DNA of 64,000 nt from Deltaproteobacteria bacterium (lineage in GTDB: Bacteria; UBA10199; JACPAL01): assembly GCA_016180855.1 (NCBI GenBank), contig JACPAL010000010.1:118988-182987 (forward strand), given 5' to 3'. Under the pieces are notes generated by a model that saw only the letters and a program-made list of their open reading frames with translations, did not search any database and was not told where the DNA came from. The translations under genes and the position numbers were made by a program. Below are positions 29,508-37,765 of this stretch, piece by piece; positions within the stretch are counted from its first letter, which is position 1; each line of letters opens with the position of its first letter.

Positions 29508-30976
29508 AGAGATTTAGCTTATTGTTGGTCGTATCGGTCCTGTCGATGACACTCATAACAGGCTGTACTGATACTGATTCGAGCGAGTCCTCTGGTAATT
29601 CAGGTGGCTCATCGAGTTCCGGCAGTGGCTCATCAAGTTCCGGTGGTGCCTCCTCTGATGGAGCAGAGGGGGAGAATAGTCCAGGGGGAAGTACCTCGGC
29701 CGGCAATCCTGGAGGTGGTGATGTCGAGGGGAGTACTTCAGCGGGGAATCCTCTCTCTTTTAATTTGGCTGGAGCGATCGGGTTAGTTGTTGTTGATTCG
29801 TCCAATAGCAGTTCCCTGCGACTGACGGATAACCAAGGCACCTCTTCCAATCTGAAACGAGTCAACCAGGATAATTCCTTGAGTGATGCGGTGAGCTCGG
29901 GTTCTGTGAACGTCAAGAACTTCATGGTGGCAGCCAACAATCAAGTTTATCTCCTTCTGTCGACCCCTGTTGATTCCTGTATTCTGATTCGGGTCGATGG
30001 TGAAACCAACGAGGCAACTTGCGTTGATTCTTCTATTTCGAATTTTATTTGGAATACGGGGCTTTTCTACAAACATGACCCGATTCAGTTTGATGGTGAA
30101 GGGGCCGTTTATTACATGTTCGGGTCAGCGGACGGGAGACTTGTTCTCAGGAAAAATCTGGCTGGAACGATTACGGATCTGATCAATGACAATATTTCAG
30201 TCGAAGACTTTCTCGTCTTATCGGATGGAACCGTTTTTATTACCGGCAAAACGACATCGACCGCGGCTCTGTGGATCAGAAAAATTTCTCCAGCCAATTC
30301 CTTGGAAAATATTTTTACCTCGGCAACCGCTAATTTCATGAGTCTCTTCCCTGATGGGAACGTCTATATGGGGATTTGGGCGGCTCCGATTTATGGTGTT
30401 GCCAGGTATCTAACCGCCGATAGCCTCCTGGACAATACGAATTGGATGACGCTCGACATCAATGGATTACAAGAACCGAGATACTACGACTGCAACGAAG
30501 TTTCGTCCCGGTATGGTTTTGGGGGGTGGTGTGGCAGTTATGTGAAGGCGATTCATCGAACGATCAATGATCGTGTTTACGCTATTGCCGGAGGCACAGC
30601 GGCCCAGGGAGTCCTCGTGCAATATTATCCGGAGGTTGTAGAACCGGTCACGTCGGTGACTCAGGTGACGGCTTCCCAGAGTGTCCTGACAAGTCTTCTC
30701 TTGGCAGGGGTGGATAGTGAATCAACCAACCGACTGGTTCTTTTTGAGACGACTACGGAAATGGAGACGGATCTTCTGGGTGATGAGGATATTGAGGTCT
30801 ACAATTTAAACTACCTCAATTCGAATAATCATCAAATCGTCATGTTCGACGGACTCCGCTTTTCGGATAACCGTTACGTGCTCTGTCAGGTCGATCTCAC
30901 AAATAATAATGCACTGACCTGCTCTGTGACAGGTACTAGCCGGTTGACCGGTTTTCAACTTTTTAACGAGGAATAA
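29504..30976 (+). CDS. Lipoprotein with a Ser/Gly-rich linker (GSTSAGNP repeat) and a beta-rich C-terminal domain
   Basis: Signal peptide plus lipobox (LITGC). 4-nt overlap (ATGA) with the upstream gene. Confidence 0.65.
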   Translation: MKRFSLLLVVSVLSMTLITGCTDTDSSESSGNSGGSSSSGSGSSSSGGASSDGAEGENSPGGSTSAGNPGGGDVEGSTSAGNPLSFNLAGAIGLVVVDSSNSSSLRLTDNQGTSSNLKRVNQDNSLSDAVSSGSVNVKNFMVAANNQVYLLLSTPVDSCILIRVDGETNEATCVDSSISNFIWNTGLFYKHDPIQFDGEGAVYYMFGSADGRLVLRKNLAGTITDLINDNISVEDFLVLSDGTVFITGKTTSTAALWIRKISPANSLENIFTSATANFMSLFPDGNVYMGIWAAPIYGVARYLTADSLLDNTNWMTLDINGLQEPRYYDCNEVSSRYGFGGWCGSYVKAIHRTINDRVYAIAGGTAAQGVLVQYYPEVVEPVTSVTQVTASQSVLTSLLLAGVDSESTNRLVLFETTTEMETDLLGDEDIEVYNLNYLNSNNHQIVMFDGLRFSDNRYVLCQVDLTNNNALTCSVTGTSRLTGFQLFNEE

Positions 30977-31087
30977 ACTTAAGAAGCCTTTATGTTCATA
31001 TGAAGGGGATGGAGAGCTTGCCACAAATGCTCAACTATCTGTTCCGTATGACTTGGAACACCCCCGCATTCACTTGACGTTTATGTT

Positions 31088-31115
31088 AAATTTGTTTACT
31101 ATAGTTAACAAATTT
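31088..31115. promoter_or_regulatory. Inverted repeat AAATTTGTT-(10 nt)-AACAAATTT in the AT-rich promoter region
   Basis: 9-bp perfect arms upstream of the HTH gene. A closely similar motif sits upstream of the MNT gene at 49913..49934. Confidence 0.45.
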
Positions 31116-31153
31116 ATATAAATATTATGTATTTACAAGTACTTAATAATATA

Positions 31154-31579
31154 ATGAAGTCAAAAAATCTCTCCAGGGCGGATGTGGCGCGTCTGGCGGG
31201 TCTCTCCCCGGCGGCGGTGACGAAGTGGTTTAGGGAGGTCAATCCAGAGGGGCGGGTCAATGTCGAGAGCCGAACTCTTTTTCGACTTGCCTCCAGTCTG
31301 GGGATTCCTGCTGAAAACCTCTTGAAGCCGACCGCAAATCTCGCTCCTTATCAAACTGAATTTTTATGGGACCGTCTCTATCCCTCTATGGAGGATTTTA
31401 TTTTTGCACTTATCCAGGATCGTCCTTCAGCTATTGCTCGTTTGGTTCAACAAGTTGGATTTTATGAGGCCTCGAAAATTATTGGGAAGAAGGCGATTTC
31501 TCTCTTTGATCGATATAGGCGGTTTATTCATCCTGTTCGTAGAAAACAGTTGGAGGTGTTGTGGCCTCTTTATCTCTAG
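31154..31579 (+). CDS. XRE-like HTH protein (putative antitoxin / AbiEi-like regulator)
   Basis: HTH SRADVARLAGLSPAAVTKWF. An alternative start at 31127 lies inside the AT-rich promoter. Overlaps the downstream gene by 19 nt. Confidence 0.6.
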   Translation: MKSKNLSRADVARLAGLSPAAVTKWFREVNPEGRVNVESRTLFRLASSLGIPAENLLKPTANLAPYQTEFLWDRLYPSMEDFIFALIQDRPSAIARLVQQVGFYEASKIIGKKAISLFDRYRRFIHPVRRKQLEVLWPLYL

Positions 31580-32346
31580 AAGAGATTATTCCTCGTCGAA
31601 CTATTTCTAAGAAGACAACGCCTCAACCACTTCAGATCGCCTTAAAGACGATTTTTTCAGAGTCAGGAGAAGGACTTTGGCTTGTGGGAGGAACCGCCCT
31701 CGCCGGTTATTATGCCGAACATAGAAGATCGGACGATTTGGATTTATTTGCCATGGATACCGATGCACACCGATCGGCTGTCTTGGCCGTGAAAAATTTG
31801 AAAAGGCGAGGGGTTGTTTTCAAAAAGGAGACATCGACCCCCAATTTTTACAAGGCTCATTTGGAATTGGAGGCCTATTTCTTTACGGTGGATATTGTTC
31901 TTGATGAGAATCTTCATCGAGTAGGCAGGGCGATCAGAACGGAGGATGGTGTTTTTGTTGTCGATCTACCGACCCTTTTTTCGATGAAGGTTGCCTGTCT
32001 TTTGACCCGCTGCTCCGAGAAAGATTTATATGATTTGGTCTGGTGCTTTGATCGACAGGGTGAGATTGATGTGGGGGAAATAGTCAAAATGGGTCTTCGT
32101 GTCGATGGAGGGATGAACGTCGAAGGCATGCTAGTCAGTCTGCAGGGAGCGACGCTACGGGAAGAGGCGTGTCATTTCCTTCTGGACAACTCAAAAGCCA
32201 ATGTCCGTACGGCTTATCAGCAGATTGTTGGTCTTCAAAAAAAACTGATTCAATTACTTCTTGATTATGAAAAGCGTAAACCGCTCTCTCCCGAGACAAA
32301 AGCGCTATTGCAGGCAGTTCGTGATCAAAAGAGACTAAAAAAATGA
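31561..32346 (+). CDS. AbiEii/AbiGii-family nucleotidyltransferase toxin-like protein (DUF1814-like)
   Basis: N-terminal LVGGTALAGYY motif, characteristic of AbiEii, followed by ...DLDLF (DxD). Confidence 0.6.
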   Translation: MASLSLEEIIPRRTISKKTTPQPLQIALKTIFSESGEGLWLVGGTALAGYYAEHRRSDDLDLFAMDTDAHRSAVLAVKNLKRRGVVFKKETSTPNFYKAHLELEAYFFTVDIVLDENLHRVGRAIRTEDGVFVVDLPTLFSMKVACLLTRCSEKDLYDLVWCFDRQGEIDVGEIVKMGLRVDGGMNVEGMLVSLQGATLREEACHFLLDNSKANVRTAYQQIVGLQKKLIQLLLDYEKRKPLSPETKALLQAVRDQKRLKK

Positions 32347-32793
32347 AAGATTCCGTTTGTCAACCTCGGCCTGGAGGGCTTGTTCTCCGGTACTCATGAC
32401 CCAGTTATGATTCCAGCGAAAGAGGGATTTTAAAAAAGGGGAAAGCCACCTCACCAACGGTTTTTCAGCCCGAACATTCCAGTGAAATTCAATCTCCGCA
32501 TGCGGACCGTGTTGAGAAAGGGTCCATCGACCTGTGCCGACCAGTTCGCCAGAGGCGTGTATTTCCAACTCCCAAGGGGCATTTTCCCGAACCAGTTCGG
32601 TTATAAACTGCAATGTATAGGGAAGTTTCGCTCGAACTTTTGAGCTCACTTTTTTATCTGAAAGTTGTTTTGACTCCTGATACGCGGGTCGCCACCATCG
32701 GGCGTAATGGGCCCCATCCCTCAGGATGGAAAAAACCTCATGGCAATTACCTCGAATTCGCCAATGGGTCACAAACCGATAGTCGTGATTCAT
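32335..32793 (-). CDS. SRPBCC/polyketide cyclase-like (START/Bet v1 fold) protein
   Basis: 152 aa with a Polyketide_cyc2-like pattern. Low certainty. Confidence 0.5.
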   Translation of the reverse strand: MNHDYRFVTHWRIRGNCHEVFSILRDGAHYARWWRPAYQESKQLSDKKVSSKVRAKLPYTLQFITELVRENAPWELEIHASGELVGTGRWTLSQHGPHAEIEFHWNVRAEKPLVRWLSPFLKSLFRWNHNWVMSTGEQALQAEVDKRNLSFF

Positions 32794-33812
32794 TAAGTTA
32801 ACCCGATTGTCTCCTCAAGCCCGCACATCAAATTCATATTTTGCACCGCCTGACCCGACGCCCCTTTGATAAGGTTATCGATGGCGGTGACCACAATGAT
32901 CTGGCCCGTTGGGGAATGATGAAGGGCGCCGATGTGGCAGGCATTCGTTCCGGTCACCTCTTTGGTTTTTGGAAAATAACCTTCCGGGAGAACCTTCACA
33001 AACGGCTCGTTTTGATAATAGGATTGGAAGGCCTTCAGGATCTTTTGGGTATCCGTTTTGCTCGTTGGTTTGAGATAAATGGTGGAAAGAATTCCCCGAT
33101 GCATCGGGATGAGATGCGGGGTAAAAACAACTGAAACAGGTTTTTTGGCGGCGAGAGAGAGTTCCTGCTCGATTTCTGGTGTGTGGCGATGTTTTCCAAT
33201 GTTATAGGCATGGACCGACTCATTCGCCTCAAATTTTAGTTTTTCCTCAACCGTTTTTCTGCCCGCGCCACTCATCCCCGATTTAGAGTCGATCACAATG
33301 CCATCCGGGCTGACGATCCCTTCCTTCAGGAGGGGAAGAATGCCCAAAAGGGCTCCCGTTGGATAGCAACCGGGATTGCCAACAAGGGAGGCGTTGCGAA
33401 TCTCCTCCCGATGGAACTCCGGGAGTCCGTACACAGATTTCTTAAGCAAGTCGGGAGTGGAATGTTTTTGGTACCATTTTTCATAAATGGAAACATCGTT
33501 AAATCGAAAGTCGGCGGAGAGGTCGACAACCTTGAGACCGTTTTTAATCCAGAGTGGGATGTGGCTCATCGCCTCTTTGTGGGGGAGGCAACTAAAAACG
33601 AAAAGACCATTGCGGCTGATCGGGTCATCCTGAAGCGGTTCGAAGGCAAGGTCGATTTTTAGGTCGGGGAAAATAGCAGAGATCTTTTTCCCCGCAAGAC
33701 TCTGCGAGGTCGCCTTGATAATCTCAACATCCGGATGATGGGAGAGGATCCGCAGGAGCTCCTCCCCGGTATATCCGGTCGCTCCGACGATTCCGACACG
33801 GATTTTTTTCAC
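32793..33812 (-). CDS. argC: N-acetyl-gamma-glutamyl-phosphate reductase
   Basis: VGATGYTG Rossmann N-terminus and the catalytic Cys region (SGMSGAG). Confidence 0.9.
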   Translation of the reverse strand: MKKIRVGIVGATGYTGEELLRILSHHPDVEIIKATSQSLAGKKISAIFPDLKIDLAFEPLQDDPISRNGLFVFSCLPHKEAMSHIPLWIKNGLKVVDLSADFRFNDVSIYEKWYQKHSTPDLLKKSVYGLPEFHREEIRNASLVGNPGCYPTGALLGILPLLKEGIVSPDGIVIDSKSGMSGAGRKTVEEKLKFEANESVHAYNIGKHRHTPEIEQELSLAAKKPVSVVFTPHLIPMHRGILSTIYLKPTSKTDTQKILKAFQSYYQNEPFVKVLPEGYFPKTKEVTGTNACHIGALHHSPTGQIIVVTAIDNLIKGASGQAVQNMNLMCGLEETIGLT

Positions 33813-33814
33813 TT

Positions 33815-34219
33815 TTATCTCTTGGAATACTGTGGTCTGCGACGGGCACCCCGATGGCCATACTTCTTCCGCTCAACCTCACGGGCATCCCGCGTGAGAA
33901 GCCCGGCTCGACGGAGCGGTTTACGATAGTCTGCGTTGACGAACAGCAGGGCGCGAGAGATCGCATGCCGGAGTGCCTCGGCCTGACCGGAGGGTCCGCC
34001 ACCGTTCAGGTTTGCCTGTACGTCGAATTTTCCGGCCGTCCCCGTCACTTCAAAGGGCTGGTTGACAATCATGCGCAGTGTTTCTCGCCCGAAATAGTTC
34101 GGGAGCTCGCGATCATTCACGGCGATCTTCCCCTCACCAGGTTTTAGGAATATTCTTGCAATAGAGGTTTTTCTTTTTCCGACAGCGCTGAAATGTTTCG
34201 GGGCCCTTGCCGTGACCAT
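33815..34219 (-). CDS. rpsI: 30S ribosomal protein S9
   Basis: C-terminal ...[14 protein letters not shown]. Confidence 0.93.
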   Translation of the reverse strand: MVTARAPKHFSAVGKRKTSIARIFLKPGEGKIAVNDRELPNYFGRETLRMIVNQPFEVTGTAGKFDVQANLNGGGPSGQAEALRHAISRALLFVNADYRKPLRRAGLLTRDAREVERKKYGHRGARRRPQYSKR

Positions 34220-34222
34220 AGC

Positions 34223-34693
34223 TTAAATCTCCAGAGGTTTTGGTTGTTGTGCCAGGTGAGGATGTTCCGAACCGGCGTAGACATGCAATTTTTTAAGTAG
34301 ATGTTTTCTGGTTTTATTATGGGGAAGCATCCCCGAAACGGCTTTCTCAATCATCTTGGCAGGATTCTTTCTGCGAAGCTCCCCTGCCGTGATCCCCTTG
34401 ATACCCCCAATATAGCCCGTATGGTGGTAATAAACCTTGTCCTTTTCCTTGTTCCCGGTCAGTTTGACAGAGGCGGCATTGATCGCGATTACAAAGTCAC
34501 CTGTGTCCTGATGCGGTGTATAGGTCACCTTGTGTTTGCCACGGAGGAGGTTGGCGATCCTCGTTGCGGCACGGCCGAGCTCTTTGTTGGCCAGATCGAT
34601 CAGAACCCAATTTCTTGTAACCTCTTCCTTTTTAGTCAAGGTGGTCTTTTGCATAGGGGGTCGGAACCTAGATAAAATTAATTGATTTTTCAA
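34223..34693 (-). CDS. rplM: 50S ribosomal protein L13
   Basis: The conserved rplM-rpsI pair. L13 motifs. Confidence 0.93.
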   Translation of the reverse strand: MKNQLILSRFRPPMQKTTLTKKEEVTRNWVLIDLANKELGRAATRIANLLRGKHKVTYTPHQDTGDFVIAINAASVKLTGNKEKDKVYYHHTGYIGGIKGITAGELRRKNPAKMIEKAVSGMLPHNKTRKHLLKKLHVYAGSEHPHLAQQPKPLEI

Positions 34694-34718
34694 GGGGTTT
34701 TTTTATATCGCCTTTCTC

Positions 34719-36578
34719 ATGTTTCCTCTGACGACCGGTCTCCTCTTAATCGTTGCGCTGGGCCTTTTCGGCACGACCCTCTATCGGTGGGGTACGATTT
34801 TTCGCAAAGCGAAACCGGATTCTCGATGGAACGATTTCAGGAGACGTTTCTGGAATCTCCTGACGATTGCCTTTGCCCAAACCAAGATGATCCGTGGGGA
34901 TTTCAGGGCAGGGCTCATGCATGCCATTATCTTTTGGGGATTTTTAGTCATAGCGCTTCGGACAATCCTGCTTTTTGGAATCGGGTTTGAGGCCGACTTC
35001 GGGCGATCGTTTCTGGAATCAGTGGCCGGGCGGTTTTATATTCTCTCTCTCCCTGTTGTTGAAGGGCTTGTGTTGCTGGCGGTCGGTTATGCGGCCTATC
35101 GGAGATGGTTTGTTAAACCGGGGCGTCTGACTCTTTCTGCGGAGGGGCTCATTATCCTCGTCGCGATTGCGTTACTCATGGTCAGTGATTTTGCCATTGA
35201 TGGGACAACGGGTGCCCTGCAGACGGCGGCCTATTTTTTTCATATTATCCTGGTCCTCGCCTTCTTGAACTATCTCCCGTATGGCAAGCATTTTCATATC
35301 CTGACCTTCCTCCCGAATGTCTTTTTCATGAGGACAACGCCTCTGGGTCAGCTTAGAAATCTTAATCTCGAGGATCCGAATGCGACCTCTTTTGGGATGG
35401 GCAAGCTTGAGGATCTCACCTGGAAAGATATGTTGGATGTCGCGACCTGTACGGAGTGTGGACGGTGTTCCTCAGTTTGTCCTGCGACCAACACGGGAAA
35501 GATTCTCAGTCCCAAGCAGCTTAATATTGATGAGAGGAGGGAATTAAGGAAGGGACCTGAGGGGCCGGAAGGAGAAAAATTTCTCTCGCCCCATCTTATT
35601 GATCCTGAGGTTTTCTGGTCCTGCACCACCTGCCGGGCCTGTGAAGAGGCCTGTCCGGTCGGGATTGAGTTTGTTGATCGAATTGTTGGGACGCGTCGGC
35701 ACATGGTTCTCACTCAGGGAGTCATGCCGACCGAGGTTCAGAATACGTTCAGAAATATGGAGACTCATTCGAACCCCTGGGGCTTGGCGGCCGATGATCG
35801 TGCGGAATGGTGCAAGGGTCTTGGTGTCAAAATATTTGCCGAGAAGCCGGATGCCGAGTATCTCTATTTTGTCGGCTGTGCCGGCTCTTTTGATGATCGG
35901 AACAAACGGATTGCCACCGCCTTTGTTAAAATTTTGCAGAAGGCACATGTTGACTTCGCAATTTTAGGAAAGGAGGAGTGTTGTACCGGGGATCCGGCCC
36001 GCCGGATCGGCAATGAGTACCTCTTTCAGACGCTGGCCAAACAAAACATTGAGATGATGAACCGATACAAGGTGAAGAAGATCCTGACGGCCTGTCCCCA
36101 CTGTTTCAACACCCTTGGAAATGAATACCCGCAGTTCGGTGGAAATTATGAAGTGATCCATCACACCGATTTTGTCTATCAGTTGATTCGTGAGGGGAGG
36201 GTCCGGCCGGTCTCACCGCTTCCTCAACGAGTCACCTACCACGACTCCTGCTATCTGGGGCGTTACAATGGGGTTTACGACGCCCCTCGTGAGATTTTGA
36301 AATCAATTCCCGGCGCTGAAGTTGTCGAGGCGCCTCTCTCCCGCTCCAATGGCCGATGTTGTGGTGCCGGAGGTGGTCGGATGTGGATGGAAGAGAGGGT
36401 CGGCAAGCGTGTCAATCACCAGCGCTTAGAGGATCTTCAAGAGGCGAGTCCCCATGTTATTGCGAGCGCCTGTCCTTTCTGTATCACGATGCTTCGGGAT
36501 GCGACGAGAGACAAGCATCTTGAAGAGCAGGTTCAGACCAGGGATGTGATTGAATTAGTTGCAGAGGCGATGGGCTAG
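34719..36578 (+). CDS. Fused membrane di-heme-b (HdrE/DsrM/NarI-like) plus HdrD/DsrK-like Fe-S CCG-domain oxidoreductase
   Basis: Five N-terminal TM helices with conserved His residues. 2x[4Fe-4S] motifs (CTECGRCSSVCP, CTTCRACEEACP). Two CCG domains (CCTGDP...CPHCFNTLG, CCGAGGG...CPFCITM). Confidence 0.8.
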   Translation: MFPLTTGLLLIVALGLFGTTLYRWGTIFRKAKPDSRWNDFRRRFWNLLTIAFAQTKMIRGDFRAGLMHAIIFWGFLVIALRTILLFGIGFEADFGRSFLESVAGRFYILSLPVVEGLVLLAVGYAAYRRWFVKPGRLTLSAEGLIILVAIALLMVSDFAIDGTTGALQTAAYFFHIILVLAFLNYLPYGKHFHILTFLPNVFFMRTTPLGQLRNLNLEDPNATSFGMGKLEDLTWKDMLDVATCTECGRCSSVCPATNTGKILSPKQLNIDERRELRKGPEGPEGEKFLSPHLIDPEVFWSCTTCRACEEACPVGIEFVDRIVGTRRHMVLTQGVMPTEVQNTFRNMETHSNPWGLAADDRAEWCKGLGVKIFAEKPDAEYLYFVGCAGSFDDRNKRIATAFVKILQKAHVDFAILGKEECCTGDPARRIGNEYLFQTLAKQNIEMMNRYKVKKILTACPHCFNTLGNEYPQFGGNYEVIHHTDFVYQLIREGRVRPVSPLPQRVTYHDSCYLGRYNGVYDAPREILKSIPGAEVVEAPLSRSNGRCCGAGGGRMWMEERVGKRVNHQRLEDLQEASPHVIASACPFCITMLRDATRDKHLEEQVQTRDVIELVAEAMG

Positions 36579-36595
36579 TGCAGATCTTCTTGCGT

Positions 36596-36937
36596 TTAAG
36601 CGACTCCCTTTTCAATGTTCTTCAGTGTGGTTCTTGCCTGCCTGATTCTTTCGGCAATGCTTCGGCAGACAGTGTCGCAAATGGCGGTAATGTTGAAATC
36701 TGCGATCTTGTAATAGATGGATGTCCCTTCCTTCCTGGAAGCCAAGATGTGCGCGGTGGTCAGGATTCCCAAATGTTTTGAGACATTCGACTGACTCGCC
36801 CCGGTCTCCTGGATGATCTCGGAGACGGTCTTTTCGCCGTCGTGGAGAAACCGCAAGATTTTCAGTCGTGTCGGTTCCCCCAGGCTCCTTAAAAAAGTGG
36901 CGACTTGATCGAGGGTCTCATTCGAAAGCGTTCTCAC
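36596..36937 (-). CDS. ArsR/SmtB-family transcriptional regulator
   Basis: wHTH (SQSNVSKHLGILTTAHIL). Divergent from the HTH-EIIA/Ehr operon. Confidence 0.8.
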   Translation of the reverse strand: MRTLSNETLDQVATFLRSLGEPTRLKILRFLHDGEKTVSEIIQETGASQSNVSKHLGILTTAHILASRKEGTSIYYKIADFNITAICDTVCRSIAERIRQARTTLKNIEKGVA

Positions 36938-37081
36938 GGGCTACCTCCCTTGAACTATCAATAACCCTATAACTATAAGCACAAGAGGATATATTCTCAT
37001 ATGCTCATTATTAGATTGATAAATCAAGCAAGAAATGTATATCCTCCAGGCCCGTTTTCGAAGATTCAAAGGGAACTATTT

Positions 37082-37765
37082 ATGGATCTGAGTGTGCGAG
37101 ATCTGGTGCGACTCTTTCAGGTCTCCGAAAAGACAATTTACCGCTGGATCAAGGAGAAGGAGCTTCCGACCTACAAGGTCCACGATCAGTATCGCTTTAG
37201 TCGTTCCACACTTTTGGAATGGGCGCGAAGCCAACGGATCGCGATTCCACCGGAGGCGTTTCAGGAGGAATTCGAGCGGGGTGAGGTGTCGCTTTCTCAA
37301 GCAATCGTCCAGGGTGGAATCCACTATCAGGTGTCGGGCAAGACCCGGGAAGAGGTGATTTGTTCGATCGCCCGTCTCCCCAAACTCCCCTTGGGATTGA
37401 CCGCGGAGGATTTGGCATCGCTTCTGCTTGCTCGGGAGAGTCTCTCGTCGACCGGGATCGGCCAAGGCATTGCAATCCCTCATGTGAAAGACCCGATTGT
37501 CTTGCCGATCAAAGTGCCGTCGGTCTCCGTCTGTTTTTTGGAGAAACCGATCAATTTTGAGGCGATTGATGGGGCGCCTGTCCATACCTTTTTTCTCCTC
37601 CTCTCCCCAACGATCCGGGATCACCTAAGACTTTTATCCAAGATAGCCTTTATTATCCACGATCCGGTTGTTCTGGGAATGATGATTCAGCGAGAGTCAC
37701 AGGAGAGGCTTCTCACAAAAATCAACGCGGTGGAGGCGAATCTTCCGAAGGAGCCGAAACGATGA
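37082..37765 (+). CDS. HTH (Xis/MerR-type, HTH_17) fused to a PTS EIIA type-2 (PtsN/EIIA-Ntr-like) domain
   Basis: N-terminal LSVRDLVRLFQVSEKTIYRWIKEKELPTY, and GIAIPHVK with the phosphorylatable-His motif. The stop overlaps the downstream ATG. An alternative start lies at 37001. Confidence 0.7.
   Translation: MDLSVRDLVRLFQVSEKTIYRWIKEKELPTYKVHDQYRFSRSTLLEWARSQRIAIPPEAFQEEFERGEVSLSQAIVQGGIHYQVSGKTREEVICSIARLPKLPLGLTAEDLASLLLARESLSSTGIGQGIAIPHVKDPIVLPIKVPSVSVCFLEKPINFEAIDGAPVHTFFLLLSPTIRDHLRLLSKIAFIIHDPVVLGMMIQRESQERLLTKINAVEANLPKEPKR

Noticed and set aside
29473-29940. 155-aa Pro/Glu-rich ORF on the minus strand
   Set aside because: It is antisense to the Ser/Gly-rich linker of the lipoprotein gene.
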